This document shows, piece by piece, positions 37,945-48,769 of a stretch of DNA of 64,000 nucleotides. Every line of letters begins with the position of its first letter. Positions within the stretch are counted from its first letter, which is position 1. The notes under the pieces are model-generated. The model was not told where the DNA came from and did not search any database. It saw only the letters and a program-made list of their open reading frames with translations. The DNA comes from Candidatus Helarchaeota archaeon (GTDB lineage: Archaea; Asgardarchaeota; Lokiarchaeia; Helarchaeales; RDOG01), in contig JAHPZH010000002.1 of NCBI GenBank assembly GCA_019058315.1, forward strand, positions 1,339,726 to 1,403,725. Direction: 5' to 3'. The translations under genes and the position numbers were made by a program.

Positions 37945-40900
37945 TTGAAAGATTTAGTTGGTGCTGTATTAGTTGTAGGAGGCGGTATAGCCGGAATTCA
38001 ATCATCATTGGACCTAGCCGATTCTGGATTTAAAGTATATCTGGCAGAATCATTACCAAGTATTGGAGGTAAAATGGCCCAATTAGATAAAACGTTTCCC
38101 ACTAATGATTGTAGCATGTGTATCTTGGCCCCTAAAATGGTAGCTTGTTCTAGGCATCCTAATATTGAAATTATGACTTATTCTGATATAGTTGATTTCA
38201 AGGGTGAACCTGGAAATTTTAGTGTAACCGTCAATAAGAGGGCAAGGTTTATTGATGAGTCAAAATGTATTGGCTGTGGAACATGTGCAGAAAAATGTCC
38301 TGTGAGAAAAAAGGTTTTTAATAAATTTAATGAAAATTTGGAATATAGAAGAGCAGCATACAGATTATTTCCTCAAGCAATACCTTCTACCTTTTTAATA
38401 GATAAAAATAATTGTATTTTTTTCAAAACGGGGAAATGTAAAGCATGTGAAAAATTCTGTCCTGCAGATGCAGTCGATTTTGAGCAGAAAGATGAATTAA
38501 TTACTTTAAATGTTGGATCTGTAATTATTTCTTCTGGTATGGGAGTATTTAACCCTTCAAAATTATCTAATTTTGGATATGGAATTGTTCCAGATGTCGT
38601 TACAAGCATAGAATTTGAAAGAATTTTAAGCGCTTCTGGACCTTATGGAGGACATATTTTACGACCTTCGGATAAAGTACCGCCTAAAAAGATAGCCTTC
38701 ATTCAGTGTGTTGGCTCACGAGATAGATCTATTAACAGAAATTTCTGTTCAGCAGCCTGTTGTATGTATGCGATTAAAGAAGCAATAATTGCTAAAGAAC
38801 ATGAACCCGATTTAGATATAACTATATATTACATGGATATAAGAGCATTTGGTAAAGATTTCGAAAAATATTATGAAAATGCTAAAAATATTGGAATAAA
38901 GTTTATAAGATCCCGCCCTACATCTGCTCAGAAACATGGAAACCAAATTAAAATAATATATGAGGATGATACAGAAGAACTTAAAGATGATTTATTTGAT
39001 TTAGTAGTCTTATCAGTAGGGTTTCAACATAATGAAAAAATACAAGAAATTGATAATATATTTAATTTACAAACAAATGAGTTTGGTTTTACAAAGACTG
39101 ATTCATTTAATCAAATGAAAACAAATACTAAAGGCGTATTCGCTTGTGGAATTAACTCAGGACCTAAAGACATTCCAGAAACTGTAACCCAAGCTTCCGC
39201 CGCTGCTGGTTGTGCAAGTGCTCTTTTAGCACCAACGAGAGGCAAATTAGTTAAACCTAAAGAATTACCTGAAGAAATTGATGTAAGAGGGCAACCTCCT
39301 CGAATAGGCGTCTTTATTTGTCACTGTGGAATTAATATCGGCAGTGTTGTAGACGTACCAAATGTTGTGGAATATGCAAAGACTCTACCAAATGTAGTCA
39401 TTGCTGATGAGAGCCTTTATACTTGCTCCGCAGATTCACAAAATTCAATTAAAGAGAAAATCAAAGAGTATAATCTAAATCGTGTTGTCATTGCTAGCTG
39501 CACGCCCCGTACTCATGAGCCACTGTTCCAAGAGACTATAAGAGAAGCGGGTTTAAATCGACACCTATTTGAAATGTGTAACATCCGGGAGCAAGATTCA
39601 TGGGTGCATATGAAGGAGCCAGAAAAAGCGACTCAGAAAGCAAAGGAATTAGTCCGAATGGCTACCTTAAAAGCAAATAAGATTGAACAATTACAAAAAA
39701 TCTCTCTTGATATTGTTAAAAAAGTCCTTGTAATCGGGGGAGGTATTGCCGGAATCACTGCAGCATTAGAAGCCGAAAAACAAGGATACCCAGTTTATTT
39801 GATTGAAAAAAAGGAAAAATTGGGTGGTTTACTTAATCAAATTCATATATTGCTAGATGATGAAGACCCTCAGAAATATCTAGCAGATAGAGTCGAAGAA
39901 TTAAACTCTAGCAAAAATATACAAGTTTTTCTAAATTCAGAATTAATTGAACTAGGAGGATTTGTAGGAAATTTCAAAGCTAAAATAAAAACAGGAGATA
40001 AAATTGAAGAATTAGATGCAGGAGCAGTTATTATCGCTACTGGAGGCGAACTATATAAGCCTATTGAATATTTCTATGGAAAAGATGAGCGTATAGTTAC
40101 TGGTCTAGAATTTGAAAAACTTATGTATGATAATCAAATAAAAGGGAAAACTTTCTGTTTTATTCAATGCGTAGGTTCACGAAATGACCAAAATCCTTAT
40201 TGTAATAGGATTTGTTGCTCGGAGGCAGTGAAAAATGCTATAAAAATTAAAGAAAAGATACCTGATTCAAACGTATTCATCCTTTACCGAGACTTACGTG
40301 TATATGGTTTAAATGAAAAATATTATGGAAAAGCAAGAGATATGGGTGTTTTTTTCATAAATTACGAACAAGAAAATCCTCCTGAAGCTAAACTTGAAAA
40401 TGGAGTATTAACTGTCGAAGTGTATGATAAAATATTGAAGAAATATATCAATATTAAACCCGATAATCTGATCTTGAGCGTTGGTATTGATCAGAGAACG
40501 AATTCTAAACCAAATTTTGCAGAACTTTCACAAAAATTGAAGGTTCCTTTAAATAAAGAAGGATTTTTCTTGGAAGCACATATGAAACTAAGACCGGTGG
40601 ATTTTGCAACAGATGGAATTTTTCTGTGTGGAACGGCCCATTGGCCAAAGCTGATACCTGAAACAATTTCACAAGCTATTGCTGCAGTGTCTAGAGCAAG
40701 TACAATCTTAAGTAAGGATTCAATCGAAACAGAAGGTATAGTTGCAAGAGTAAATCCTGTTCGATGCACGGCTTGTGGACTTTGTGTTGAAAATTGTCCT
40801 TATAATGCAATTGAATTACAAGAAGTAAGAGGAAAAAAGATCGCTGTTGTTAATGAAGCTCTTTGTAAGGGTTGTGGAACTTGCTCCGCAAATTGCAGAT

Positions 40901-40974
40901 GTTCTGCGGTTGATCTACTCGGTTTTACGGACGAACAAATATCATTAATTATAAATTCACGAGCTATAGCTTGA
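37945..40974 (+). CDS. hdrA: heterodisulfide reductase subunit A, large two-FAD-module type
   Basis: GGGIAG twice, LDKTFPTNDCSMC, QCVGSR twice, CHCG, ASCTPRTHE, ferredoxin motifs; TTG after GGAGGT RBS (ORF track: 37930). Confidence 0.93.
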   Translation: MKDLVGAVLVVGGGIAGIQSSLDLADSGFKVYLAESLPSIGGKMAQLDKTFPTNDCSMCILAPKMVACSRHPNIEIMTYSDIVDFKGEPGNFSVTVNKRARFIDESKCIGCGTCAEKCPVRKKVFNKFNENLEYRRAAYRLFPQAIPSTFLIDKNNCIFFKTGKCKACEKFCPADAVDFEQKDELITLNVGSVIISSGMGVFNPSKLSNFGYGIVPDVVTSIEFERILSASGPYGGHILRPSDKVPPKKIAFIQCVGSRDRSINRNFCSAACCMYAIKEAIIAKEHEPDLDITIYYMDIRAFGKDFEKYYENAKNIGIKFIRSRPTSAQKHGNQIKIIYEDDTEELKDDLFDLVVLSVGFQHNEKIQEIDNIFNLQTNEFGFTKTDSFNQMKTNTKGVFACGINSGPKDIPETVTQASAAAGCASALLAPTRGKLVKPKELPEEIDVRGQPPRIGVFICHCGINIGSVVDVPNVVEYAKTLPNVVIADESLYTCSADSQNSIKEKIKEYNLNRVVIASCTPRTHEPLFQETIREAGLNRHLFEMCNIREQDSWVHMKEPEKATQKAKELVRMATLKANKIEQLQKISLDIVKKVLVIGGGIAGITAALEAEKQGYPVYLIEKKEKLGGLLNQIHILLDDEDPQKYLADRVEELNSSKNIQVFLNSELIELGGFVGNFKAKIKTGDKIEELDAGAVIIATGGELYKPIEYFYGKDERIVTGLEFEKLMYDNQIKGKTFCFIQCVGSRNDQNPYCNRICCSEAVKNAIKIKEKIPDSNVFILYRDLRVYGLNEKYYGKARDMGVFFINYEQENPPEAKLENGVLTVEVYDKILKKYINIKPDNLILSVGIDQRTNSKPNFAELSQKLKVPLNKEGFFLEAHMKLRPVDFATDGIFLCGTAHWPKLIPETISQAIAAVSRASTILSKDSIETEGIVARVNPVRCTACGLCVENCPYNAIELQEVRGKKIAVVNEALCKGCGTCSANCRCSAVDLLGFTDEQISLIINSRAIA

Positions 40975-41062
40975 TATGATTTATTAAAATGTATTAAAAT
41001 GAATAATAATATTAAAAATTTCATGGGTTTTATCCCAGATTTAAAATATGAGGTGATTTTAA

Positions 41063-41293
41063 ATGGTTGAAAAAGATGAAACATTAGATTGTTTAGGGCT
41101 ATTATGTCCGGCACCTATAGTTAAATTATCTAAAAAAGTTAAAAAAATGGAATCTGGAAAAATATTAGAACTTATCGCAGATGATGAGGGTGCTCTAGAA
41201 GACGTACCTGCCTGGTGCCGAAAAACAGGAAATGAACTAGTGGAAAGTAAAACTGAAAATGGTGTCTATAAGTTCTATGTCAAAAAAACATAA
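41063..41293 (+). CDS. tusA: sulfur carrier TusA
   Basis: LDCLGLLCPAP, ADDEGA..DVPAWC..TGN. Confidence 0.92.
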   Translation: MVEKDETLDCLGLLCPAPIVKLSKKVKKMESGKILELIADDEGALEDVPAWCRKTGNELVESKTENGVYKFYVKKT

Positions 41294-41543
41294 TTTCCTT
41301 TTTTTTATTTTTTTATGTCAATAAATTAGATGCCTTCTTAGAGTTTTACAAAGACATTTCCAATAATTTAATCATTTTTTGAAATTAATTTTTTTAAATA
41401 TATTCTAAAATTAGAGCTAATTATTATTAATTTTCTATATTTCTACTAATGAAAATTAAATAATCAAATAATAATTAAAGATAGTTTACTTTGTTAATTC
41501 AAGAAAATTTTATTAGATTCTTATTTTCAAAAAGTGGCTATCT

Positions 41544-44500
41544 TTGGCGAATAATATTCTTGTGCTAGGTGGTGGAATAAGCGGAATACAAGCTTCACTC
41601 GACCTAGCTGAAATGGGGCTGCGCGTTTTCTTAGTTGAATCTTCTCCAAGTATTGGAGGTAGAATGGCTCAGCTAGACAAGACATTTCCGACCAATGACT
41701 GCTCTATATGCATTCTTGCGCCAAAAATGGTCGAATGTGCACGCCATCCAAATATAACCATCTTATCCTATAGTGAGCTTAAAGAAGTTAATAAAAAAAA
41801 TGATGTTTTTACAGTTAAAATATTAAAGAAGCCACGTTATGTTGATGAAATTAAATGTACTGGTTGTAGAGACTGTTTCACTGTATGCCCCATAGAAGTA
41901 CCAAATGAATTTGACCAAAATCTTAGAAATAGAAATGCAATTTATATTCCTTTTCCACAAGCAGTCCCTAACATCGCCACAATTGACAAAGAAAATTGTA
42001 TTAATTGTGAGGCATGTTCAAAAAAATGTAAAACTGATGCCATTAATTATGATCAAAAACCTGAATTGATTGAACTAGAGGTTCAATCCATAATTGTTTC
42101 TATTGGCTTTGATTTATTTGATCCGAGTAAAATTTTACAATATGGTTATAAAAAATTTAAAAATGTTCTAACTTCTCTTGAATTTGAACGATTATTAAGT
42201 GCTTCTGGACCAACTCAAGGTGAAATATTAAAACTTTCAGATGGAAAATCACCTAAACACATTACTTTTATTCAATGTGTAGGTTCAAGAAGCACTAAAT
42301 ACCAACCTTATTGTTCGAAAATATGTTGTGTCTATACAACGAAAGAATCCATTGTAGCCAAGGAACATAATCCAAACATTCAGATTTCCATTTTATATAA
42401 TGATTTACGTGCATTAGGGAAGGGTTTCCGGGAATTTATTAATCGTGGAGAAATAGAATACGGTATAAATTATATTAAAGCACTTCCTGGGGAAATTTCA
42501 GAGGATCCTATAACTAAAAAATTATACGTGTCTTATGAAAACATGGATACGGGAGAATTTGAGATTCTAGAAACTGATATTGTTGTATTAGCTCCCGCAA
42601 TGGTTCCAAAAAAAGATATTGAGCAAATATCTAATATTTTAGGTATTAAACTTGATAAATATGGGTTTTTTAAATGTGAACCATATTCTCCATTAGTTAC
42701 AGATATTCCAGGTATCTATGTGACTGGGACCTGTTCTGGTCCTAAGGATATTCCGGAATCTGTAGGAGAAGGAAGTGGTGGGGCAGCAAGTGCTTTAGTT
42801 CCAAATGAACAAGAACATCAACCAATCCCTGAAAAACAACCAAAGCTGGAAAATACCTCACCAGCCCAACCAAGGATAGGTGTATTTATCTGTCATTGTG
42901 GAGTAAATATCGGTGGAATTGTTGATATAAAAGAAGTGGCGGATTATATCAGATCTTTAAATAATGTCGTTTTTGTTGCTGAAAACTTATATACTTGCTC
43001 AGAAGATACTCAAAAAATAATTAAAGATAAGATTAAGGAATTAAATCTTAATAGAGTGATTGTTGCTTCTTGTACCCCAAGCACCCATGAACCTTTATTT
43101 AGAAAAACTTGTGAAGAAGCTGGACTAAACCCATACTTATTTGATCTAGCAAATATTCGTGAGCAAAATTCATGGGTTCATCAAAGAGAACCAGAAAAGG
43201 CAACTGAAAAGGCCAAAGATATAATTCGAATGTATGTTAAACGATCACAATATTCTAGTCCTTTAACTAAAATTAAAACAGAAGTCACTTCATCGGCATT
43301 GGTAATTGGGGGTGGGATTTCAGGCTTAATTGCTTCAAAAACCATTGCTAATAAAGGATTTAAAGTATTTTTAATTGAAAAAGAGGATAAATTGGGAGGT
43401 TTAATAAAAGATCTTTATAAATTATATCCAAATGAGAAAAATCCTGAAGATATATTAAACCCTATTATATCTGATGTGATAAAAAATAAAAATATAGAGG
43501 TTTTAACGTCTACTCGAATTGAAAATATAACAGGATCAATTGGTAATTTTGAAATTTTAGCGTTTAAAAATAATAAAGAATTCAATTTCAATGTAGGTAC
43601 AATTATCGTTGCGATTGGTGCAAATGAATCAAAACCAGATGGATTGTATGGTTACAAAAAAAATGCTAACGTTTATACACAGTCTGAATTTGAACAAATT
43701 CTAAGTTCAAATAAAGTAAAAAATGATGAAAAAATTGTTATGATTCTTTGTGCTGGAGTTGGGAAAGGAGAGAAAATTGCATATTGTTCCTCCATCTGCT
43801 GCATGGAAGCATTTAAAAATGCCTTAATTCTAAAAAAACAAGCTCCTAATTCAGAAATCATTATTTTATATAAGGATATTTGTGTATTTGGAGATGGTGA
43901 AGAAGTATATAGAACAGTTAGGGAAGAAGGTATTCAATTTATAAAATATAATGCGAAAGAGGATATAAAAATTCTCGAATCTAAAGGAATTAAGATAAAT
44001 ATTTCAGTTTTTAATAGTTTTCTGAATAAAGATGTAAAAATTGTAGCGGATCGAATTGTTTTATCTACTCCAATGATACCAGCAACAGATACTGAAGATT
44101 TATCAAAATTACTGAGAGTACCTTTAGCTTACAATGGATTCTTTTTAGAGGCACATGTAAAACATAGACCACTCGATTTTACAAATGATGGAATTTATCT
44201 TTGTGGATCTTGTCAAAGTCCAAAATCTATCTCCGAATGTATCGCACAAGCTAAAGGAGCAGCAGCTAGAGCTCTAATACCTTTAATTAAGGGCGAGGTT
44301 GAAAGTGAAGCAATAATATCAGAGGTGAATCCCGAAATTTGTGTGGGTTGTGAAATTTGTGAATTACATTGTCCTTATGGTGCAATTACTGTCCAAAAAG
44401 ATGAAAATGAAGATCTTAAAGCTCAAGTTAATCCAAGTTTATGTAAAGGCTGCGGAATTTGTGCAGCAAGCTGTCCTGTAGATGCAATAACAATGAAAAA

Positions 44501-44981
44501 TTTCACAAATGAGCAAATTCTCTCTATGGTTCAAACTGCAAAACAAGATTCTTCATTAAAAGATGAGACTATAATCATAGCTTTTTTATGTAATTGGTGT
44601 TCTTATCAAGGAGCTGATAATGCGGGAGTAAGTAGATTTCAATATCCAACATCAATAAGACCTATTAGGGTAATGTGCACGGGAAGAATAAGTATAAGCC
44701 ATATTTTAAATGCTTTTAAAGCAGGTGCTGATGGTGTACTTATCGCAGGCTGCCATCCGGGAGATTGCCATTATGTGGACGGTAATTTAAGTGCAGAGAG
44801 AAAAGTAAACTTAGCGAAACAGTTATTAAATAAAATAGGAATTAACGAGCGAAGACTTCGCCTAGAATGGATATCTGCAAGTGAAGGTAAAAAATATGCA
44901 TCTGTTGTAAAAGACTTTCTTAACGAGTTAGAAGAATTAAAGACCAAAAAGGAAATGGTTGTGAGGGTTAAAGACTATTGA
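41544..44981 (+). CDS. hdrA: large HdrA fused to C-terminal MvhD
   Basis: Two FAD modules as in the first HdrA; C-terminal FLCNWCSY..CTGR..GCHPGDCHY..WISASEG MvhD [2Fe-2S] domain. Confidence 0.92.
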   Translation: MANNILVLGGGISGIQASLDLAEMGLRVFLVESSPSIGGRMAQLDKTFPTNDCSICILAPKMVECARHPNITILSYSELKEVNKKNDVFTVKILKKPRYVDEIKCTGCRDCFTVCPIEVPNEFDQNLRNRNAIYIPFPQAVPNIATIDKENCINCEACSKKCKTDAINYDQKPELIELEVQSIIVSIGFDLFDPSKILQYGYKKFKNVLTSLEFERLLSASGPTQGEILKLSDGKSPKHITFIQCVGSRSTKYQPYCSKICCVYTTKESIVAKEHNPNIQISILYNDLRALGKGFREFINRGEIEYGINYIKALPGEISEDPITKKLYVSYENMDTGEFEILETDIVVLAPAMVPKKDIEQISNILGIKLDKYGFFKCEPYSPLVTDIPGIYVTGTCSGPKDIPESVGEGSGGAASALVPNEQEHQPIPEKQPKLENTSPAQPRIGVFICHCGVNIGGIVDIKEVADYIRSLNNVVFVAENLYTCSEDTQKIIKDKIKELNLNRVIVASCTPSTHEPLFRKTCEEAGLNPYLFDLANIREQNSWVHQREPEKATEKAKDIIRMYVKRSQYSSPLTKIKTEVTSSALVIGGGISGLIASKTIANKGFKVFLIEKEDKLGGLIKDLYKLYPNEKNPEDILNPIISDVIKNKNIEVLTSTRIENITGSIGNFEILAFKNNKEFNFNVGTIIVAIGANESKPDGLYGYKKNANVYTQSEFEQILSSNKVKNDEKIVMILCAGVGKGEKIAYCSSICCMEAFKNALILKKQAPNSEIIILYKDICVFGDGEEVYRTVREEGIQFIKYNAKEDIKILESKGIKINISVFNSFLNKDVKIVADRIVLSTPMIPATDTEDLSKLLRVPLAYNGFFLEAHVKHRPLDFTNDGIYLCGSCQSPKSISECIAQAKGAAARALIPLIKGEVESEAIISEVNPEICVGCEICELHCPYGAITVQKDENEDLKAQVNPSLCKGCGICAASCPVDAITMKNFTNEQILSMVQTAKQDSSLKDETIIIAFLCNWCSYQGADNAGVSRFQYPTSIRPIRVMCTGRISISHILNAFKAGADGVLIAGCHPGDCHYVDGNLSAERKVNLAKQLLNKIGINERRLRLEWISASEGKKYASVVKDFLNELEELKTKKEMVVRVKDY

Positions 44982-47900
44982 CAAACAATGAGATAATTAA
45001 AAAATACAATAACCTATTAATTATAGGCGCAGGACTTGCAGGCATGGAATGTGCCCTCGATCTCGCCGATGCGGGCTATAAAGTCTATTTGGTTGAAAAC
45101 AAGTCCTCTATTGGGGGAAAATATGCACAAATATATAAAATATTTCCTTATGACGAATGCGGTGCCTGTATTTTAACACCTAAAATGAATCAAGTTGGTA
45201 AACACCCCAATATTGAAAATATTACTCTTGCAGAAATAAAAGGTGTGAAAGGGTCTCTAGGAAATTTTGAAGTTACTATTTTAAAACATCCAAGGTATGT
45301 GGATGAAGATAAATGCACAGGATGTGGGAAATGTATAGAAACCTGTCCTGTGGAAGTTTCAAACGAATATGATCTGGGATTATCTAAAAGAAAAGCAATT
45401 TATCTAGATTTTGCACAACAAATACCATTCGTAGTTACTATTGATAAAGATAATTGCATAGATTGTAGAATGTGTGTTCAAAGATGTAAAGCTGAAGCAA
45501 TAGACCATGATATGAAGGAAAAAGAAATTATATTACAAGTTGGGGCAATTATTATCAGTACAGGTTTTGAAGAATTTGATCCCTCTATAAAAGAAGAATA
45601 CGGGTTTAAACGTTATAAAAACGTAATTACAAGTTTAATGTATGAAAGAATGACTCATCCGGCAGGTCTGGACAATATATCACGTCTATCTGATGGTAGA
45701 AAACCAAGAAGGGTAGTCTTTGTTAATTGTGTAGGAGCAAGAGACGAAAGTATTGGAAACTTATATTGTAATAAAGTATGTTGTATGTTCTCAATGAAAA
45801 ATGCAAGGAATTTACGATTGCATGAACCAGATGCGGAAATTATTATTTGCTATATTGATATAAGGGCTGCTGGCAAATTATTCGAAAGATATTATCGCTC
45901 TACTTTAGAACAATATGGAATCAAATTTATTAGGGGTAGAGTTAGTGAAATTTTAGAAGATCCTAATACAAAAGATCTGACAGTTCGTCTAGAAGACACA
46001 GAAGGAGCTGAACCGATCTCTCTTGAGAATGTAGACTATGTAATTTTAAATTGCTCATTTGTACCTTCCGAAGGAACTAAAAAAATGGCAGAATTCTTTA
46101 ATTTAGAACTCGGCTCTGATGGATTTATCCAAGATTTTCATTCTAATATAGGAGCTATTGAAACAAAAATACCTGGAGTTTATGTAATCGGAACTGCTCA
46201 TGGTCCAAAGGATGGTACGGATGTAATTGCCGAATCAAAGGCTGCAGCTTCAGCTTGTACTGCAGATCTTCCTCCATTGTCAAGAGATTTAAAGGAAAAA
46301 ATAATCGAAAAGAAAGAAATTGATGAATCTAAACTAAGAGTGGGTGTATTTGTTTGTCATTGTGGAGGGATTATTTCACATACTGTTGATGTTAAAGAAT
46401 TGGTTGAGAAATTAAAAGAAGATCCTGATATTGAATTTGTTCAAGATTACATATTCATGTGTTCTAGTCCTGGTCAAGATTTAATAAGAGAAAGTATAAA
46501 GAAATATAATTTAAATCGAATTATTGTAGCATCTTGCAGTCCACTTATCCATGAGCCTACATTTCGCGGTTGTGTAGAATCAACTGGGCTTTCACGCTTT
46601 TATTTCGAGGGTCCTATAAATATTAGAGAACAATGCGCCATGGTACATAAGGACTACCCCGAAGATGCCACCACGAAGGCTTTGGCTTTAATTAAAGGTG
46701 GGGTAGCGAGAGTTTCACGCTTAAGAGAGGTCCCTATAGAAAAATTGGATGTAAAAAAATCAGTTTTAATTTTAGGTGGAGGGGCTTCAGGGATAACTGC
46801 TGGAATTGATTTAGCCAAAAAAGGATTAACTGTTTATATAATCGAGAAAGAAGAGGAAATTGGAGGTAGATTAAATAAATTATATAAATTATTTCCCCAT
46901 AAAGATGATGCACAAGAAATTTTGAAAGAATTAAAAACCAAAATAAAGCTTTATAAAAATATAATTATACACACATCAAGTAGAATTACAAATTTTTCCG
47001 GTCGCATTGGGGATTATAATGTTAAAATTAATAAAAATGGAAAAGAAATAGAATTAAATGTTGGTTCTATAATCGTTTCTATTGGTACTAAGGTTTATAC
47101 GCCGGAAATTGGCGAATATTGCTTTGGAGAAACTAAAAATGTTATCACCTCTTTAGATCTTGAAGAAATGCTCAAAAATGACTCTTTAAAAGACCCTGTA
47201 TCTATAGCTTTTATTCAATGTGTTGGTTCAAGAGCGTATCCTGGGGAAAAAGGGCACATTCATTGCTCTAGAGTGTGCTGTAATTCAGCTATTAAAAATG
47301 CTGAAATTATTAAAGAGAAATTTCCAAATTCTAACGTATTTATTTTATACAAAGAGTTTTTGAGAGTATATGGCCGTTTTATGGAAGAAAAATATATCGA
47401 TACGCAGATGAAGGGTGTTAATTTTATCAGATGGCTTAAAGATAAACCACCCCAAGTAGAAGTTGATTCGAAATCGAATAAGATTATGATATCTGTATAT
47501 GATTCACTATTGCAAGATGAGATAAAAATTACGGCAGACTACCTCGTTTTATCAGTGGGTCAAGAATCTCCAGAAGATTTAGATAATTTATGCAACATTC
47601 TTGGGATAACAAAATCCATTGATGGGTTCGTTGAAGAAATGCATATTAAATTTCGCCCAGTTGAAACTAAGGTTCCTGGAATTTATTCTTCATCCTCATT
47701 TCCCAAAGACATAGCTGATTCTATCGCTCTTGCTCGTGGTGCAGCAAGCAAAGTCGCGATACAACAGAAGGGTATTGAATTAGAATTAACAACTGCTGAA
47801 GTGGATGAGTCAGTTTGTGTTGGTTGTGGATTATGTGAGGCTGTTTGTCCATATGAGGCGATAAAAATGGTCGCAATAAAACCTGGCAAAATAATCTCGG

Positions 47901-48028
47901 TAACTGATACAATAAAATGTCAAGGATGTGGTACATGCGTAGCATCTTGCCCCATAGGTGCAAGAGATCACAGATGGTGGCGTGATTCTCAATATCTTGC
48001 TCAAATAGACGCAATATTAAATGAATAA
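44978..48028 (+). CDS. hdrA: large HdrA paralog (divergent)
   Basis: GAGLAG, PYDECGACILTP, NCVGAR, CHCG, GGGASG, QCVGSR, terminal 2x[4Fe-4S]. Confidence 0.9.
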   Translation: MTNNEIIKKYNNLLIIGAGLAGMECALDLADAGYKVYLVENKSSIGGKYAQIYKIFPYDECGACILTPKMNQVGKHPNIENITLAEIKGVKGSLGNFEVTILKHPRYVDEDKCTGCGKCIETCPVEVSNEYDLGLSKRKAIYLDFAQQIPFVVTIDKDNCIDCRMCVQRCKAEAIDHDMKEKEIILQVGAIIISTGFEEFDPSIKEEYGFKRYKNVITSLMYERMTHPAGLDNISRLSDGRKPRRVVFVNCVGARDESIGNLYCNKVCCMFSMKNARNLRLHEPDAEIIICYIDIRAAGKLFERYYRSTLEQYGIKFIRGRVSEILEDPNTKDLTVRLEDTEGAEPISLENVDYVILNCSFVPSEGTKKMAEFFNLELGSDGFIQDFHSNIGAIETKIPGVYVIGTAHGPKDGTDVIAESKAAASACTADLPPLSRDLKEKIIEKKEIDESKLRVGVFVCHCGGIISHTVDVKELVEKLKEDPDIEFVQDYIFMCSSPGQDLIRESIKKYNLNRIIVASCSPLIHEPTFRGCVESTGLSRFYFEGPINIREQCAMVHKDYPEDATTKALALIKGGVARVSRLREVPIEKLDVKKSVLILGGGASGITAGIDLAKKGLTVYIIEKEEEIGGRLNKLYKLFPHKDDAQEILKELKTKIKLYKNIIIHTSSRITNFSGRIGDYNVKINKNGKEIELNVGSIIVSIGTKVYTPEIGEYCFGETKNVITSLDLEEMLKNDSLKDPVSIAFIQCVGSRAYPGEKGHIHCSRVCCNSAIKNAEIIKEKFPNSNVFILYKEFLRVYGRFMEEKYIDTQMKGVNFIRWLKDKPPQVEVDSKSNKIMISVYDSLLQDEIKITADYLVLSVGQESPEDLDNLCNILGITKSIDGFVEEMHIKFRPVETKVPGIYSSSSFPKDIADSIALARGAASKVAIQQKGIELELTTAEVDESVCVGCGLCEAVCPYEAIKMVAIKPGKIISVTDTIKCQGCGTCVASCPIGARDHRWWRDSQYLAQIDAILNE

Positions 48029-48034
48029 AAATAT

Positions 48035-48460
48035 ATGGTGTTAAAATTTCCCCCTAAACAACCAGTAATTTTAATGTTTGCCTGTATGAGATGCAGTTAT
48101 ACTGCTTCAGACCTAGCGGGAACATTAAAAATTCAATACAATCCAATAGTTCGTATTATAAGGGTTCCTTGTACGGGAAGAGTTGATATTATTCATATAT
48201 TGCGAGGAATAGTTGATGGTGCTGATGCAGTTCTCGTAGTTGGTTGTCATAAAGGGGATTGCGGATTTATTTCAGGAAATCTAGCTGCTGAAAGACGAGT
48301 GAAATTTGTAAGAAACTTATTAAAACAGATGAATATTAATCCTGATCGCGTTCAAATGCACTATGTTTCAGCCGCAGAAGCAAATGAAGTAGTCGAAATT
48401 ATAGAAAAAGTAGCTAAACAGGTTGCAAAAATGGGTCCCTCACCGTTTAGAACAAAATGA
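48035..48460 (+). CDS. mvhD: MvhD-like [2Fe-2S] subunit
   Basis: FACMRCSY..DLAG, VPCTGRV, GCHKGDC, VSAAE. Confidence 0.9.
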   Translation: MVLKFPPKQPVILMFACMRCSYTASDLAGTLKIQYNPIVRIIRVPCTGRVDIIHILRGIVDGADAVLVVGCHKGDCGFISGNLAAERRVKFVRNLLKQMNINPDRVQMHYVSAAEANEVVEIIEKVAKQVAKMGPSPFRTK

Positions 48461-48476
48461 AATGGAATTGATTTGA

Positions 48477-48764
48477 TTGGACGAAGAGAAAGAAAAATTA
48501 AACAAAATCATAAAACAATTGGAAAAAACAAAGGACAAGGATAGTAATGATTGGAAAAAAATCACTACAGAACACAAAGAAGAATTTGAAGTAATAAAGA
48601 AATCATATCGTGAAAAGCAAAATGAGTTGAGACAACTAATCCAAGATAAAAAAACAGGAATTGTAATGGGAGAAGAATTTGATAAAAGACTTGATGAATT
48701 ACAGAACGAATTAACTGAACTTGAATTCAAAATTTATAAATTAAGAATAGGCAGAGGCAGTTAA
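48477..48764 (+). CDS. small coiled-coil protein within the hdr operon
   Basis: 95 aa, highly charged heptad pattern, tight spacing on both sides. Confidence 0.65.
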   Translation: MDEEKEKLNKIIKQLEKTKDKDSNDWKKITTEHKEEFEVIKKSYREKQNELRQLIQDKKTGIVMGEEFDKRLDELQNELTELEFKIYKLRIGRGS

Positions 48765-48769
48765 AAATT

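Noticed and set aside
34309-41293. tRNA 2-thiouridine pathway (TusA-TusBCD-TusE-MnmA)
   Set aside because: No TusE, MnmA or other thiolase nearby, and the genes are interleaved with hdr and lipoate genes. Not fully excluded for the rest of the genome.
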